Numbered from the stretch's first letter, positions 1 through 10,168 are shown. The stretch is DNA of 64,000 nt from Bacteroidota bacterium (GCA_031427625.1 JANPNV010000119.1:907-64906), one strand, 5' to 3'. Notes: a model not told the origin generated them from the letters alone. Numbers and translations are program-made.

Positions 1-1190
1 GGATAACTTCCTCCGCCTCCGAACATGATGTTTGAAGGTGCTGGACTGGTAGATGTATACGTATTTACAATTGCGGCATTTTGGTATTTAAGGACCTGTA
101 AAGAGTTGCTGCCTGTATAAAATGCTGACACAATAACTGATGATCCCATTCTAACAGCGGTGATTCCTTTTGGACTGCTTCCTCCGAAATAATCACTGCC
201 TAAATATACAGGCGTTATGCTTGCAAGATTGCTTCCGAGATTATATCGCATGATCTCATGCGAATTATAATTGGTATAAAGTATTTTCCACTGTGAGCTG
301 TCGTTGATGATTGCAATATCGGAAGGACTTCCATTGCTGATAATTGTTGTAAACGTTGGAGCATTACTAAGTGAATTCCCGAAATCAGCCTTTATAATAT
401 TTGATGAATTATAACCTGCAATAAATGCATACCAGTTTCCGCAATCATGAGCGATAACAAGATCCAGGACATAAGTTGTTCCTGATACAGTGACAGGGGC
501 TGATGGAACCGGTACATTTAAAATTGAGTTTCCAAAATTTAAATAAGTAATTGTGCCGGCAAGAAAATTTGCGACTAAACCATGAATATTACCTGAACCG
601 TCTTTTGCAATTTTTATGCTCCAGGGTGAATTGAAATTACTGTTGCCATTGTTTAGAAGTACTACGAAGTTATCCGGAGTATTTATTAAACTATTCCCTA
701 GATGAAACCGAATAAGTGAGTTGCTTCCGTAGTCGACTACTAATCCATACCATTCAAAATTTTCCTGATACAAGGTGACATCAGAGGGCTGATAGGTAGT
801 ACCACCTAGATTGCCAAGATCATCTAACTGAGTAAGCGGATTTTGGGGTCCATTTCCATAAATAGCACGATAAACCTTACCGTCTCCCTTTCCGGAGATG
901 AAGGTAATCAGCGTATCATTTTGAGTAATTGACGTAATATCTCCCGGGTATGAAAGCGATAAAGAGGTGTCTGATAATCGGGATGCTGATTGCGACAAAT
1001 AGCCTGGCGAAAAGTCCCATTCATACGATGTTGAATTGGTACTGATATTTGTTATGTTGAGCGCACTACCGGCGCAAACCGGTGAGGCGATTGTAAAATC
1101 AGCGACCGGACATTGAGCCTTCGATTTAAATATGAGAGCAATAAAAATGCTCGATAATAATAATGTACTTTTCCAGTAACAGGTCTTCAT
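1..1190 (-). CDS. Secreted repeat protein: PKD-like N-terminal module followed by beta-propeller-like repeats (C-terminus lies beyond the window start)
   Basis: Absent from the ORF track because it runs off the window. My reverse-complement translation from ATG 1188-1190 gives MKTCYWKSTLLLSSIFIALIFKSKAQCPVADFTIASPVCAGSALNITNISTNSTSYEWDFSPG... (signal peptide, then PKD-style motif) and stays open to base 1. About five 55-60 aa repeats each end in [FL]GNS[LI]xNxP. Confidence 0.6.
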   Translation of the reverse strand, partial: MKTCYWKSTLLLSSIFIALIFKSKAQCPVADFTIASPVCAGSALNITNISTNSTSYEWDFSPGYLSQSASRLSDTSLSLSYPGDITSITQNDTLITFISGKGDGKVYRAIYGNGPQNPLTQLDDLGNLGGTTYQPSDVTLYQENFEWYGLVVDYGSNSLIRFHLGNSLINTPDNFVVLLNNGNSNFNSPWSIKIAKDGSGNIHGLVANFLAGTITYLNFGNSILNVPVPSAPVTVSGTTYVLDLVIAHDCGNWYAFIAGYNSSNIIKADFGNSLSNAPTFTTIISNGSPSDIAIINDSSQWKILYTNYNSHEIMRYNLGSNLASITPVYLGSDYFGGSSPKGITAVRMGSSVIVSAFYTGSNSLQVLKYQNAAIVNTYTSTSPAPSNIMFGGGGSY

Positions 1191-1246
1191 TGACAGATTT
1201 TATTAACCTGTACTGTTACGCTGGAAAATAAATGAATGTTTGTAAA

Positions 1247-2182
1247 TCAGGCAAGCAGAATTTCTCTGCGAAAAAGAGCGTAAGTCTCTGTAATTCCTTC
1301 TTTTAAATTGATTTTCGGTTTCCATCCGAGCGATTGGATTTTTGACGAATCCATCAGTTTTCTTACAGTTCCATCCGGCTTGGAAGTGTCATAGATAATT
1401 TCACCTTTGAAGCCAGTAATTTCTTTAATCATTGTTGCAAGAGACGCAATGCTAATGTCATCGCCATATCCGATATTCAAAAATTCCTTCTTGTCATATT
1501 CCTTCATAAGTAGAAGACATGCTTCTGCTAAATCGTCGACATGCAAAAATTCTCGCATAGGTTTTCCGCTTCCCCATACTGTTACAGACTCAGAGTTATG
1601 CAATCCCGCTTCGTGAAACTTCCTGATTAGAGCTGGAAGTACATGAGAGTTTTCCAAATCGTAGTTGTCGTTGGGTCCGTATAAATTTGTAGGCATCGCA
1701 GAGATGAAATTACATCCATACTGCATAAAATACGATTCACACAATTTTAGTCCGGCAATTTTTGCGATAGCATAGGGTTCGTTTGTACTTTCAAGGTATC
1801 CTGATAATAAATATTCTTCCTTCAGCGGTTGTGGAGCAGACTTCGGATAGATGCAGGATGATCCAAGGAATAATAACTTTTTTACTTTAGTCTTAAATGC
1901 CGAATGAATAACATTCATTTCGATAGCGAGATTATCATAAATAAAATCGGCCCGGTAAATATTGTTTGCATTTATTCCACCCACTTTTGCGGCAGCGAGA
2001 AATACAAATTCAGGATTCTCCCGCTCGAAAAAATCCATTACAGCTTGCTGATTTCTCAAGTCGAGTTCTGACGAGCTTTTGTAAATTAGATTTTCAAAAC
2101 CACGTTTGTGAAGTGTCCGGACGATGGCAGAACCTACCATGCCGTTATGTCCTGCAACATATATTCTCGAGGACTTATTCAT
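1247..2182 (-). CDS. fcl: GDP-L-fucose synthase
   Basis: 311 aa with Rossmann N-terminus [12 protein letters not shown] and SDR catalytic YAIAK. The overall pattern matches GDP-fucose synthases, and it overlaps the gmd stop by 8 nt. Confidence 0.9.
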   Translation of the reverse strand: MNKSSRIYVAGHNGMVGSAIVRTLHKRGFENLIYKSSSELDLRNQQAVMDFFERENPEFVFLAAAKVGGINANNIYRADFIYDNLAIEMNVIHSAFKTKVKKLLFLGSSCIYPKSAPQPLKEEYLLSGYLESTNEPYAIAKIAGLKLCESYFMQYGCNFISAMPTNLYGPNDNYDLENSHVLPALIRKFHEAGLHNSESVTVWGSGKPMREFLHVDDLAEACLLLMKEYDKKEFLNIGYGDDISIASLATMIKEITGFKGEIIYDTSKPDGTVRKLMDSSKIQSLGWKPKINLKEGITETYALFRREILLA

Positions 2183-3287
2183 GATAGTTATAAATGTTAT
2201 GTCCTCCTTCTTTGAGATATTTATCCTTTCTGAAAAGTTCGATATCTGAGGTCATCATCTCCTGTACAAGCATGTTGAGATCATACTTTGGTTTCCAGCC
2301 CAGAACTTCACGTGCTTTAGTGGCATCACCGATTAACAAATCAACTTCTGATGGCCTGAAGTAGCGTTCATCAATGCTCATGATTGGTTTTTTCTTCTGA
2401 ACATTAAATTCGGGATTTGTGCAATTTACAACGTAAGCTTTTTCGTCGATGCCTGTTCCTTTGAATTCAATTTCAAGACCCGCTTCAAGACATGCTAGCT
2501 GAAAAAATTCCCGCACGGATACTGTTTTTCCGGTAGCAATTACGAAGTCTTCAGCTTTAGGCTGCTGAAGGATTAAATACATTGCCTCTACATAATCTTT
2601 CGCATGACCCCAGTCGCGTTTTGCATCCAGGTTGCCAAGGAAAACCTCCTCTTGTAATCCAAGAGCAATTCGTGCTACGGCACGTGTAATTTTCCGTGAA
2701 ACAAATGTCTCTCCGCGGATAGGTGACTCATGATTAAAAAGAATTCCATTGGCAGCAAACATGTCGTATGCCTCACGGTAATTTACAGTGATCCAGTAAG
2801 CATAAAGTTTAGCGGCAGCGTAGGGTGAACGCGGATAGAATGGAGTAGATTCTTTTTGTGGTACTTCGCGCACCAATCCGTATAGTTCTGAACTTGAGGC
2901 CTGATAAATTCTTGTCTTTTTTTGCAGTCCCAGTAATCGGACTGCTTCAAGAATCCGAAGGGTACCGATACCATCTGCATTAGCAGTATACTCCGGAATT
3001 TCAAAACTTACTTTTACATGCGACATCGCACCGAGATTGTAAATTTCATCGGGCTGAGTTTCCTGAATAATTCTGATCAGGTTCGTACTGTCAGTAAGAT
3101 CACCATAGTGAAGTTTGAAATTTACATTTTTCTCATGAGGATCTAGATATAAATGATCAATTCTGTCTGTATTGAATAATGAACTGCGTCGTTTGATACC
3201 ATGAACATGATATCCTTTTTCGAGTAAAAATTCTGCCAGATAGGCTCCGTCTTGTCCGGTAATACCGGTAATTAGTGCAACTTTCAT
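2175..3287 (-). CDS. gmd: GDP-mannose 4,6-dehydratase
   Basis: 370 aa with N-terminus [26 protein letters not shown] and catalytic [10 protein letters not shown], typical of Gmd. Confidence 0.95.
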   Translation of the reverse strand: MKVALITGITGQDGAYLAEFLLEKGYHVHGIKRRSSLFNTDRIDHLYLDPHEKNVNFKLHYGDLTDSTNLIRIIQETQPDEIYNLGAMSHVKVSFEIPEYTANADGIGTLRILEAVRLLGLQKKTRIYQASSSELYGLVREVPQKESTPFYPRSPYAAAKLYAYWITVNYREAYDMFAANGILFNHESPIRGETFVSRKITRAVARIALGLQEEVFLGNLDAKRDWGHAKDYVEAMYLILQQPKAEDFVIATGKTVSVREFFQLACLEAGLEIEFKGTGIDEKAYVVNCTNPEFNVQKKKPIMSIDERYFRPSEVDLLIGDATKAREVLGWKPKYDLNMLVQEMMTSDIELFRKDKYLKEGGHNIYNYHE

Positions 3288-3303
3288 AGTATTTGGTCGT
3301 GTT

Positions 3304-3311
3304 CAAATATA
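3304..3311 (-). promoter_or_regulatory. Putative Bacteroidota -7 box (TATATTTG on minus strand) for gmd-fcl
   Basis: Plus strand reads CAAATATA, whose reverse complement matches TAnnTTTG. It ends 17 nt upstream of the gmd ATG. Confidence 0.4.
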
Positions 3312-3394
3312 GTAATAATTACTTTTATGGCAGAACGGGCATTAAGGCATTTCCATTGAATAAATAACAGATATTTATATCTTTAAGTTCAGAT

Positions 3395-3982
3395 ATGAAA
3401 TTCGTTTTCGCGACAAATAACCAGCATAAATTAATAGAGGTTCGTAAAATTCTACCTCCCTCAATAGGAATTGTAAGTCTGAAGGAAATTGGATGTTTTG
3501 ATGATCTCCCCGAAACAGGCAACACCATTGAAGCTAATGCACTTCAGAAAGCCAGATATATTTATGATAAATATGGGATGAATTGTCTGGCTGATGATAC
3601 AGGACTTGAAGTGGCTGAGCTTGGTGGAAGACCCGGAGTTTATAGCGCACGCTTTGCCGGAAGTAATGCTGATGCTATGGAAAATAACATGAAACTACTT
3701 TCAGAAATGAAGGGCATAGAAAACAGAAAGGCAGCATTCAGAACAATTATTGTCCTCATCCATAACAATGATGAATATTTTTTTGAAGGCAGGGTAGATG
3801 GGACGATTGCCGAAAATTTAATGGGTACTAATGGTTTCGGATACGATCCCTTGTTCAAACCATCCGGTTTTAGTAAGACTTTTGCAGAAATGACAGATAT
3901 AGAAAAAAACTCGATGAGTCATCGATATGAAGCATTGAAAAAACTGGTAAAATTCTTAACGACTAATTTTAATTATTCCTGA
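3395..3982 (+). CDS. rdgB: dITP/XTP pyrophosphatase (RdgB/HAM1 family)
   Basis: 195 aa with FATNNQHKLIEV N-terminus plus FGYDPLF and SHR motifs. Its 3' end overlaps the convergent neighbouring gene by 14 nt. Confidence 0.85.
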   Translation: MKFVFATNNQHKLIEVRKILPPSIGIVSLKEIGCFDDLPETGNTIEANALQKARYIYDKYGMNCLADDTGLEVAELGGRPGVYSARFAGSNADAMENNMKLLSEMKGIENRKAAFRTIIVLIHNNDEYFFEGRVDGTIAENLMGTNGFGYDPLFKPSGFSKTFAEMTDIEKNSMSHRYEALKKLVKFLTTNFNYS

Positions 3983-5057
3983 CAGTGCGGGTGGCATAGA
4001 AGAATATGGCGAACATACTGATGAGGTAAAATGAAAACAACATGGTGTAGTTGTGTGACCATTCACCGAGAAATTTTTCCATAACAATTACAAGCACAAG
4101 TGAGATTAATGTAAGGACCCAAAAAACGAGTGCAACTTTTCCGTCGCTGAGTCCGAGGTATGCAAGCGCATGTGTTGTATGATCTTTGCCTCCGACGAAT
4201 GGACTTTTTCCTTTCATTAATCTGTTTATAACAACCGTCGTCGTATCGATGATTGGCATCATGAATACGATAAGAGGAAGAAATAAATTTCGTGCGCTGA
4301 TCAAATCGCCTGTAGGAGGTTCTGCATTCCACAGGTAACGGATACCTATTGCCGCAAGGAAAACTCCAAGAAACTGGCTTCCTGTATCTCCCATGTACAT
4401 CTTTGAAGGGTGCCAGTTGAAATACAGGAATGCAATCAGGGCACCCATAACTCCTAGCAATATCATGAAGTAAACACTATCATACTCCCGATGAAAAACC
4501 ATTACAGCCAATGCAGAAAGGATAATGCTTATTGAAACGGTTGAGGTTATTCCATCCATGTTATCGAGCATGTTCAGGGAATTCATTATTCCGACAACCC
4601 AGACAATTGTCATAATATAATTTAGAACGTTCAGGTAGGAGAGTTCGATTGCTGTTCCGGTAACCATTAGTATTACAGCACATGTTACCTGCGTTAGAAA
4701 TTTCAGAAGTGGTCGGGTGTTATAAGCGTCATCGGCAAGACCAAGTAAAAAGCCAAGCATAGATGCCAGAAGTATTCCTATAAATTGTTTACTAAGAAAA
4801 ACCTGATTCGTGTCGAAGAAGACAGAATAGATGATGATTGAAATCAGGAATATGAAATAAAAGGAAAATCCACCGACTGCCGGCTTTGATTGTGTACCCC
4901 AACGAATAACGGTATCATCCTGATTGCGCATTCCCAGTGTTCGTACAAATTTCAGGAACAAGCTATTGATCAGAAATGAAAACAGGATGGCAATTCCAAA
5001 GAATATCCCGTAAACGGCAAGGTAATAATCAGTAGTTACAATCATCGAGATGGTCAA
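3969..5057 (-). CDS. MraY/WecA-family polyprenyl-phosphate sugar-1-phosphate transferase (glycosyltransferase family 4)
   Basis: 362 aa polytopic membrane protein with NMLDNMDG motif. The ORF-track start is TTG at 5057, and the first ATG is at 5045. Confidence 0.8.
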   Translation of the reverse strand: MTISMIVTTDYYLAVYGIFFGIAILFSFLINSLFLKFVRTLGMRNQDDTVIRWGTQSKPAVGGFSFYFIFLISIIIYSVFFDTNQVFLSKQFIGILLASMLGFLLGLADDAYNTRPLLKFLTQVTCAVILMVTGTAIELSYLNVLNYIMTIVWVVGIMNSLNMLDNMDGITSTVSISIILSALAVMVFHREYDSVYFMILLGVMGALIAFLYFNWHPSKMYMGDTGSQFLGVFLAAIGIRYLWNAEPPTGDLISARNLFLPLIVFMMPIIDTTTVVINRLMKGKSPFVGGKDHTTHALAYLGLSDGKVALVFWVLTLISLVLVIVMEKFLGEWSHNYTMLFSFYLISMFAIFFYATRTVRNN

Positions 5058-5105
5058 CCAATTACTTTTTTAGTAAAGTTATATAAAGGAATGAAAGCTT
5101 CGTCG

Positions 5106-5648
5106 TCATTGGCTTCTTTTAAATTCACTGAACGAAGGAAGTATTTTGTCTTTTTGAGAAATTACCGAATCAGATGTTTTCCAGTCAATATTAAGTTCAG
5201 CATCGTTATAAATTATTCCGCTCTCTGAAGATGGATTGTAGTAAGTAGTCACTTTGTATAGAAAGAGGGTGTTATCTTCCAGTGCGACAAATCCATGAGC
5301 GAATCCCCGTGGTATCCATAACATGTTATTGTTTTTATCATTAAGAAGTACAGAAAAATGTCTTCCATATGTTTTCGAGTCTTTTCTGATATCAACGACA
5401 ACATCCATTACGCTTCCATTTACAACCCTGACAAGTTTTCCCTGTTCATGTGGATGTTTCTGAAAATGAAGTCCACGGAGAACGCCTTTATGACTTACAG
5501 ATTGGTTATCCTGAACAAATGGTCCATGAATATTATTTTCTGCCATTTGTCTCTCATTAAAAGATTCAAAAAAATATCCCCTGTCGTCAGTTGATACTCG
5601 TGGTTCGATAAGGATTAATCCATCCAGAGGCGTAGAAATAAATTTCAT
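5106..5648 (-). CDS. rfbC: dTDP-4-dehydrorhamnose 3,5-epimerase
   Basis: 180 aa cupin with LRGLHFQ...QGKLVRVVNGSVMDVVVDIRKDSKTYG signature. Its ATG directly abuts the stop of the upstream kinase gene. Confidence 0.9.
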   Translation of the reverse strand: MKFISTPLDGLILIEPRVSTDDRGYFFESFNERQMAENNIHGPFVQDNQSVSHKGVLRGLHFQKHPHEQGKLVRVVNGSVMDVVVDIRKDSKTYGRHFSVLLNDKNNNMLWIPRGFAHGFVALEDNTLFLYKVTTYYNPSSESGIIYNDAELNIDWKTSDSVISQKDKILPSFSEFKRSQ

Positions 5649-8063
5649 TTAGCTATTGAAGAATGTCTTTTTAAATTTTTGCCAACGGGTTAACGGTGTT
5701 TTAACATCGTCATCGTAATATCCATAACCATATCCATAACCGTATCCATAACCGTATCCATAACCATATCCATATTTAAACCTTGACATTTCAACGCCAT
5801 TGAGGACAACAGAAAGCTGTCTGATTTTATTTTCCTCCATGAGTTTGTTAAGGTTCTTGATGAACATACGTTTAGAGTAATGCGCACGGACGATATAAAT
5901 GGGATAATCGGCACGCTGCACAATTTCAACGCCGTCGGTTACAATTCCTACCGGTGGTGTATCAATAATGATGATGTCGTATTTTGATTTTAGTAACTCA
6001 ATGAGGTCCGTCATTCGCTGGCTTAAAATCAGCTCCGACGGATTGGGAGGAATCGGGCCGGCAGTAATAAAATCGAGATTTTTAAGACTGCTTTTGTTGA
6101 TACATTCTTCTGCTGTATCCTTGCCGATCAGGATAGTGCTCATCCCGCGAATATTCTCAACATTAAATCCAAGATGGATTTTCGGTTTCCGCATATCGAG
6201 ATCGATAATGACTACGCGCTTATCCGAAAAAGCAATTACGCCGGCGAGATTGATTGCTACAAATGTTTTCCCTTCTCCGGAGATGGTCGAAGTAACAGCT
6301 ATAACTTTTGGTCCCGGATCATTACTAAGAAACTGCAGGTTGGTACGAACCGATCGGAATGATTCTGATATAGCCGATTTGGGATTTTTATCTACAAGTA
6401 ATTGAGAGATTGGAATGTCCTTCGTGTATTTTGGAATAATGCCCAGCAATGCCGCTTCTGTATATTGATTGATCTCTTCAAGCGATGTGATTTCGTTGTA
6501 TACCAGATATTTTACGAAAATAATTACGAAGCTTAAAAGAAATCCAATCAGGATACTGCCTGATAGAATTAATTTTCGGTTAGGTGAAAGTGCAAAGAAT
6601 GAAGGCTCGCCATGTTGAAGTACAACATTATTAGTAACTATACCAGCACGTGTAATTGAAAATTCGATTTTCTTTTCGAGAAGTAACTGATAAAACTTCT
6701 GGCTAACATCATACACTCTTTGTAATCGAGCCATTTCAGCTTCCTTACCCGGAAGGCTAGTGAAACCCCTTTCGAATTCAGCTATGCGTTCGTCTATACT
6801 TTCTATTTTGTCGTTCGTCGACTGTCGGGCATTCTGTAAAGAGTTAGTAAGAATTAAGCGTTGTCTCTGGATTTCAAGATTGAGTGATATGATAGCGGCA
6901 TTTTCATCTGTCGCCTGAAATTTCATATTCGATCGCTTATCTTCAAGTTCCTGAATGTGTGTGACAATTGTTTGGATAAGCGGATCTGTATAAGTACCGG
7001 CAAGTAATGGAATTAGCTGATCCAGTTTGTTATTTTTCATAAGTTCCTTATCGATACGTTGAAGCACGGCATTGCTTAACTGCAACTCCACTCTCTGATC
7101 AATTAAGGTATTAATATGAGTAAGTGCATCAGATGCGTTTTGCGACGGATTGATGATCTTATTATCTTTTTTAAATAATTCAAGTGAGATTTCTGAATTT
7201 TTTAATTCTCCATCAATAGTATTTATGGTTTCGTTAATGAACTCCAGAGAATTATTTGCCCCTACCGATTTGTTTTCTTTATCATACTCATCGTATTCTT
7301 TTGCCATTGTATTGACAAAGTCAGCTGCCTTGATATTATTTTTGTCTTTAAAAACAATCTTGATAGTCTGAGCGCTTGGATTAAGAAGAATTACATTAAC
7401 ATAGTTGTAATACCTTTCGAGAAGAGTATTTGGGTTGTTGATGGTGAAATAAAAAGGATTTTGTTTTATTTCATTTTGTTGTTTGAGGATAAGATCCATA
7501 TTCAGAATATTAATTCTGAACTTCATCCCGGGGATATTGTACCACTGACCAATATTGTAGACACCTTCATTTTTTTTGTTGTTCCACGTATATGAAAGTT
7601 CGAATCGGTTGTTATCTGTAAACATTACATAAAACGGAATGTCGCATATCGATGAATCGAGTTGGTAGAATTCAACTTCGAAGGGCGACTTTTTATAAAG
7701 CTCCTCGTCGAGGACAGTGCCTTGTGCGTAATAACTTACTTCCAGCGGCATTTTTGAAATCACGCGGTTAACCATCAGGCTGGATCGTAATACTTCAATA
7801 TCGCCTGCGAACTGGTTTACACCCATGGCGTCATACATCTGTGAACTCTGAATGTTAAGAACTGCATTCGCATTGTTCACTGTTCCTATCTTGATAATTG
7901 ACTCAGATTGATAAATAGGGTGAGTATACCTCAGATATAAAAACGCAATTGTAAGTGCTACAACCATCAGAATTATCAGGATGTAAAAATTCTTCTTGGC
8001 AATAATGGCGAAGAGCTTGATGTCAAATTCTTCATTGAGATGGGAAATCTTTTTTTTCGCCAT
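5649..8063 (-). CDS. Polysaccharide co-polymerase / BY tyrosine autokinase (Wzc/GumC-like)
   Basis: 804 aa with an N-terminal TM segment plus long coiled-coil Wzz-like region and a second TM segment. The C-terminal P-loop kinase has Walker A SGEGKT, A' VVIIDLDMRKP and B IIIIDTPP, followed by a Tyr-rich tail. Confidence 0.85.
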   Translation of the reverse strand: MAKKKISHLNEEFDIKLFAIIAKKNFYILIILMVVALTIAFLYLRYTHPIYQSESIIKIGTVNNANAVLNIQSSQMYDAMGVNQFAGDIEVLRSSLMVNRVISKMPLEVSYYAQGTVLDEELYKKSPFEVEFYQLDSSICDIPFYVMFTDNNRFELSYTWNNKKNEGVYNIGQWYNIPGMKFRINILNMDLILKQQNEIKQNPFYFTINNPNTLLERYYNYVNVILLNPSAQTIKIVFKDKNNIKAADFVNTMAKEYDEYDKENKSVGANNSLEFINETINTIDGELKNSEISLELFKKDNKIINPSQNASDALTHINTLIDQRVELQLSNAVLQRIDKELMKNNKLDQLIPLLAGTYTDPLIQTIVTHIQELEDKRSNMKFQATDENAAIISLNLEIQRQRLILTNSLQNARQSTNDKIESIDERIAEFERGFTSLPGKEAEMARLQRVYDVSQKFYQLLLEKKIEFSITRAGIVTNNVVLQHGEPSFFALSPNRKLILSGSILIGFLLSFVIIFVKYLVYNEITSLEEINQYTEAALLGIIPKYTKDIPISQLLVDKNPKSAISESFRSVRTNLQFLSNDPGPKVIAVTSTISGEGKTFVAINLAGVIAFSDKRVVIIDLDMRKPKIHLGFNVENIRGMSTILIGKDTAEECINKSSLKNLDFITAGPIPPNPSELILSQRMTDLIELLKSKYDIIIIDTPPVGIVTDGVEIVQRADYPIYIVRAHYSKRMFIKNLNKLMEENKIRQLSVVLNGVEMSRFKYGYGYGYGYGYGYGYGYGYYDDDVKTPLTRWQKFKKTFFNS
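5715..5774. repeat. Imperfect 12-bp tandem repeat (TCCATAACCRTA) encoding the (YG)9-YY tail of the kinase
   Basis: Read directly: tcc ata acc ata tcc ata acc gta tcc ata acc gta tcc ata acc ata tcc ata. On the minus strand this translates to K-(YG)x9-YY-DDD. Confidence 0.9.
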
Positions 8064-8073
8064 GCGGTACTTG

Positions 8074-8820
8074 TTACGGTTTATTAAGATATGTAATCAG
8101 AACTAATATACTTGTAAATACGCTGAGGTAAGGGAGAAATTCCGTTGTGAGTTTTTTCCTGAAATTAGAACCCGAATCAACGTAGATGATGTCGTTCGGA
8201 TAGATTTCCAATTCTGAATTTCTCAGACCTTCAAGTGTTGAAACATCTGCAAGAAAAACTTGTGGGCTTTTTAATTCGCCGCGGATAATCTTTATATGAT
8301 ATGCCTTACTGTATTCAGACAAGCCACCGGCAAGTGCCAGCGCTTCGAATAATGACGTGTGGTCATCTTGCAGAGGAACCACTATTCCTCTGCCTCCATC
8401 GCTCAAAAACACAAGGGCATGACGACTTACAACTCTGATTATAACAAAGGGATCTTTGTAATAAGTAGAATATTTTTCCTGTAATAACACTTCTGCATCT
8501 TTGATACTATATCCTTTTAACCGGATACGGCCTATGACAGGGAGTTTTACTTCTCCGTTTTCTTCGATAATGTATGTGATGCCATCTGTATTTGCCGCCT
8601 GTGACAGATTTGCTGATGTTATATCAATAAGTCGAAAGCCGTCATTACTGAAAATGTGCATTTCGATTTTATCTTCTGACTGAATTATGTAGGGACCGGG
8701 AGTCTTATGAACAGTATCCTGAGCATATGAATAATCCGCCGGAGTTTTAAACATCCGGTTAGGAACAAGCTGGCATGATGAAAATGCGAGCAGAATGGCG
8801 AGAAAAAATAGTTTATTCAT
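8074..8820 (-). CDS. Polysaccharide export outer-membrane lipoprotein (Wza-like)
   Basis: ATG at 8820 gives lipoprotein signal MNKLFFLAILLAFSSC. Position upstream of the BY-kinase and the beta-rich Poly_export/SLBB-like sequence support the call. The TTG start at 8838 in the ORF track overlaps the putative -7 box. Confidence 0.75.
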   Translation of the reverse strand: MNKLFFLAILLAFSSCQLVPNRMFKTPADYSYAQDTVHKTPGPYIIQSEDKIEMHIFSNDGFRLIDITSANLSQAANTDGITYIIEENGEVKLPVIGRIRLKGYSIKDAEVLLQEKYSTYYKDPFVIIRVVSRHALVFLSDGGRGIVVPLQDDHTSLFEALALAGGLSEYSKAYHIKIIRGELKSPQVFLADVSTLEGLRNSELEIYPNDIIYVDSGSNFRKKLTTEFLPYLSVFTSILVLITYLNKP

Positions 8821-8835
8821 TTTTCTGAAGGTGAG

Positions 8836-8843
8836 CAAAAATA
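8836..8843 (-). promoter_or_regulatory. Putative -7 box (TATTTTTG on minus strand) for wza-like/wzc-like/rfbC operon
   Basis: Plus strand CAAAAATA lies 16 nt upstream of ATG 8820. Confidence 0.4.
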
Positions 8844-8950
8844 AAATATTAATGGTATAAGATGATTGAAAAAAATAGAACCTTTAAGATAGTTATAAAA
8901 CCATTTTTGTTCAATTTGTTAATTACGTAACGGGTTAAATTTAAGTATGA

Positions 8951-10144
8951 TCATCTTTTTTTAGCCAGAAGATTTCTGTACAAATCACTCATATCCTGTA
9001 TCAGACGGGTATAATGAAACTTATTTTTCACAAATTCCCAGCTCTTCTCGCTGAGCTTTTTACGAAGCTCAGCATCTTCGATAAGCATAAGCATGTTTTT
9101 GGAAAAAGCGTCATAGTCATTGGTGTCGACAAGTAATGCAGTTTCTCCATTCTTTACTACGTTTTCTATACCGCCAACATTGGTTGAAATTATCGGCTTT
9201 TCGCCTGCCTGAGCTTCGATAAGACTTACAGGCGTTCCTTCATTGTATGAGCAAAGTGCGACAATATCGAGACCGGCAATACATACATCAACGTCTCTGA
9301 TCCAGCTGCAAAATGTCAAATCACTTTTCCTTTTTTCTTCAGGGTAATAAGAGAAATCAATTCCAAGCAAGGTAGCCTCTTTCATCAGTGGAATTCGGCT
9401 TTCGCCGTCACCGATAATTAAAAAACGGACTTTTTGTCCCGTCTTCTTAAGGATTTTTGCAGCGCTTCCGATAAAAAGCGAATGATTTTTTATCGGAACA
9501 AGTCGTCCAATAATTCCCACCGCAATCTCATCGTCTTCAATCATGAATTTTTTACGGAATGTCTTTCGTTTTTCTTCTGTATTCTCTCTGAATTTTGTTA
9601 GATCAAATCCCAATGGTATCATGTGGATTTTGGAGGCCTTGCACAGACTATAGTGAAATGATAGTTCACGCTTTTGACGTTCGCTGATTGCAATAATAGC
9701 AGTACTGATGGAGGCAAGGTATCGTTCAATCTTAAGGAATAATTTTGCCTTTAGCGGATGGAAATAGGAGTGAAAAACATGGCCGTGAAACGTGTGAATA
9801 ATAACCGGCACTTTTTCATGATAGGCCGCCAGTCTTCCCAAGGCACCTGCCTTAGCTGCATGGGTATGTACGATGTCTGGCTTAAACTCACGGATTATTT
9901 TTCGCAACTCCCTATACGATCTGTAATCATTTAAAGGGTTGATTGAGCGCTTCATATGTTCCAGACTTATAAAAGATAAGCCCAAATCCTTGACTATATA
10001 AGCAGAACTTTCCTCGGAATCTTGCTTTGTTCCGGCTACCAGCAATACCTCAAAATCCTTTTGTAGGTGTTTTGTCAGAATTGCAACGTGAAAAGCAGGA
10101 CCACCTAGATTCAGGCGGTTAATGATAGTTAGTATGCGTGGCAC
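8951..10144 (-). CDS. Glycosyltransferase family 4 (GT-B fold)
   Basis: 397 aa with a GTG start and N-terminal NRLNLGGPAFHV. The C-terminal NEGTPVSLIEAQAGEKPIISTNVGGIENVV block is typical of GT4. Confidence 0.8.
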   Translation of the reverse strand: MPRILTIINRLNLGGPAFHVAILTKHLQKDFEVLLVAGTKQDSEESSAYIVKDLGLSFISLEHMKRSINPLNDYRSYRELRKIIREFKPDIVHTHAAKAGALGRLAAYHEKVPVIIHTFHGHVFHSYFHPLKAKLFLKIERYLASISTAIIAISERQKRELSFHYSLCKASKIHMIPLGFDLTKFRENTEEKRKTFRKKFMIEDDEIAVGIIGRLVPIKNHSLFIGSAAKILKKTGQKVRFLIIGDGESRIPLMKEATLLGIDFSYYPEEKRKSDLTFCSWIRDVDVCIAGLDIVALCSYNEGTPVSLIEAQAGEKPIISTNVGGIENVVKNGETALLVDTNDYDAFSKNMLMLIEDAELRKKLSEKSWEFVKNKFHYTRLIQDMSDLYRNLLAKKR

Positions 10145-10160
10145 AAGTTGGAATTTCCGG

Positions 10161-10168
10161 CAAATATA
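10161..10168 (-). promoter_or_regulatory. Putative -7 box (TATATTTG on minus strand) for GT4 gene
   Basis: Plus strand CAAATATA lies 17 nt upstream of the GTG start. Confidence 0.35.

Noticed and set aside
5968-6405. Long antisense ORFs opposite strongly supported genes: 145 aa opposite the kinase, 157 aa at 47771-48244 opposite the histidine kinase, and 131 aa at 33411-33806 opposite ferredoxin.
   Set aside because: These are shadow ORFs on the strand opposite genes with clear family signatures. Their translations are low-complexity and show no motifs.
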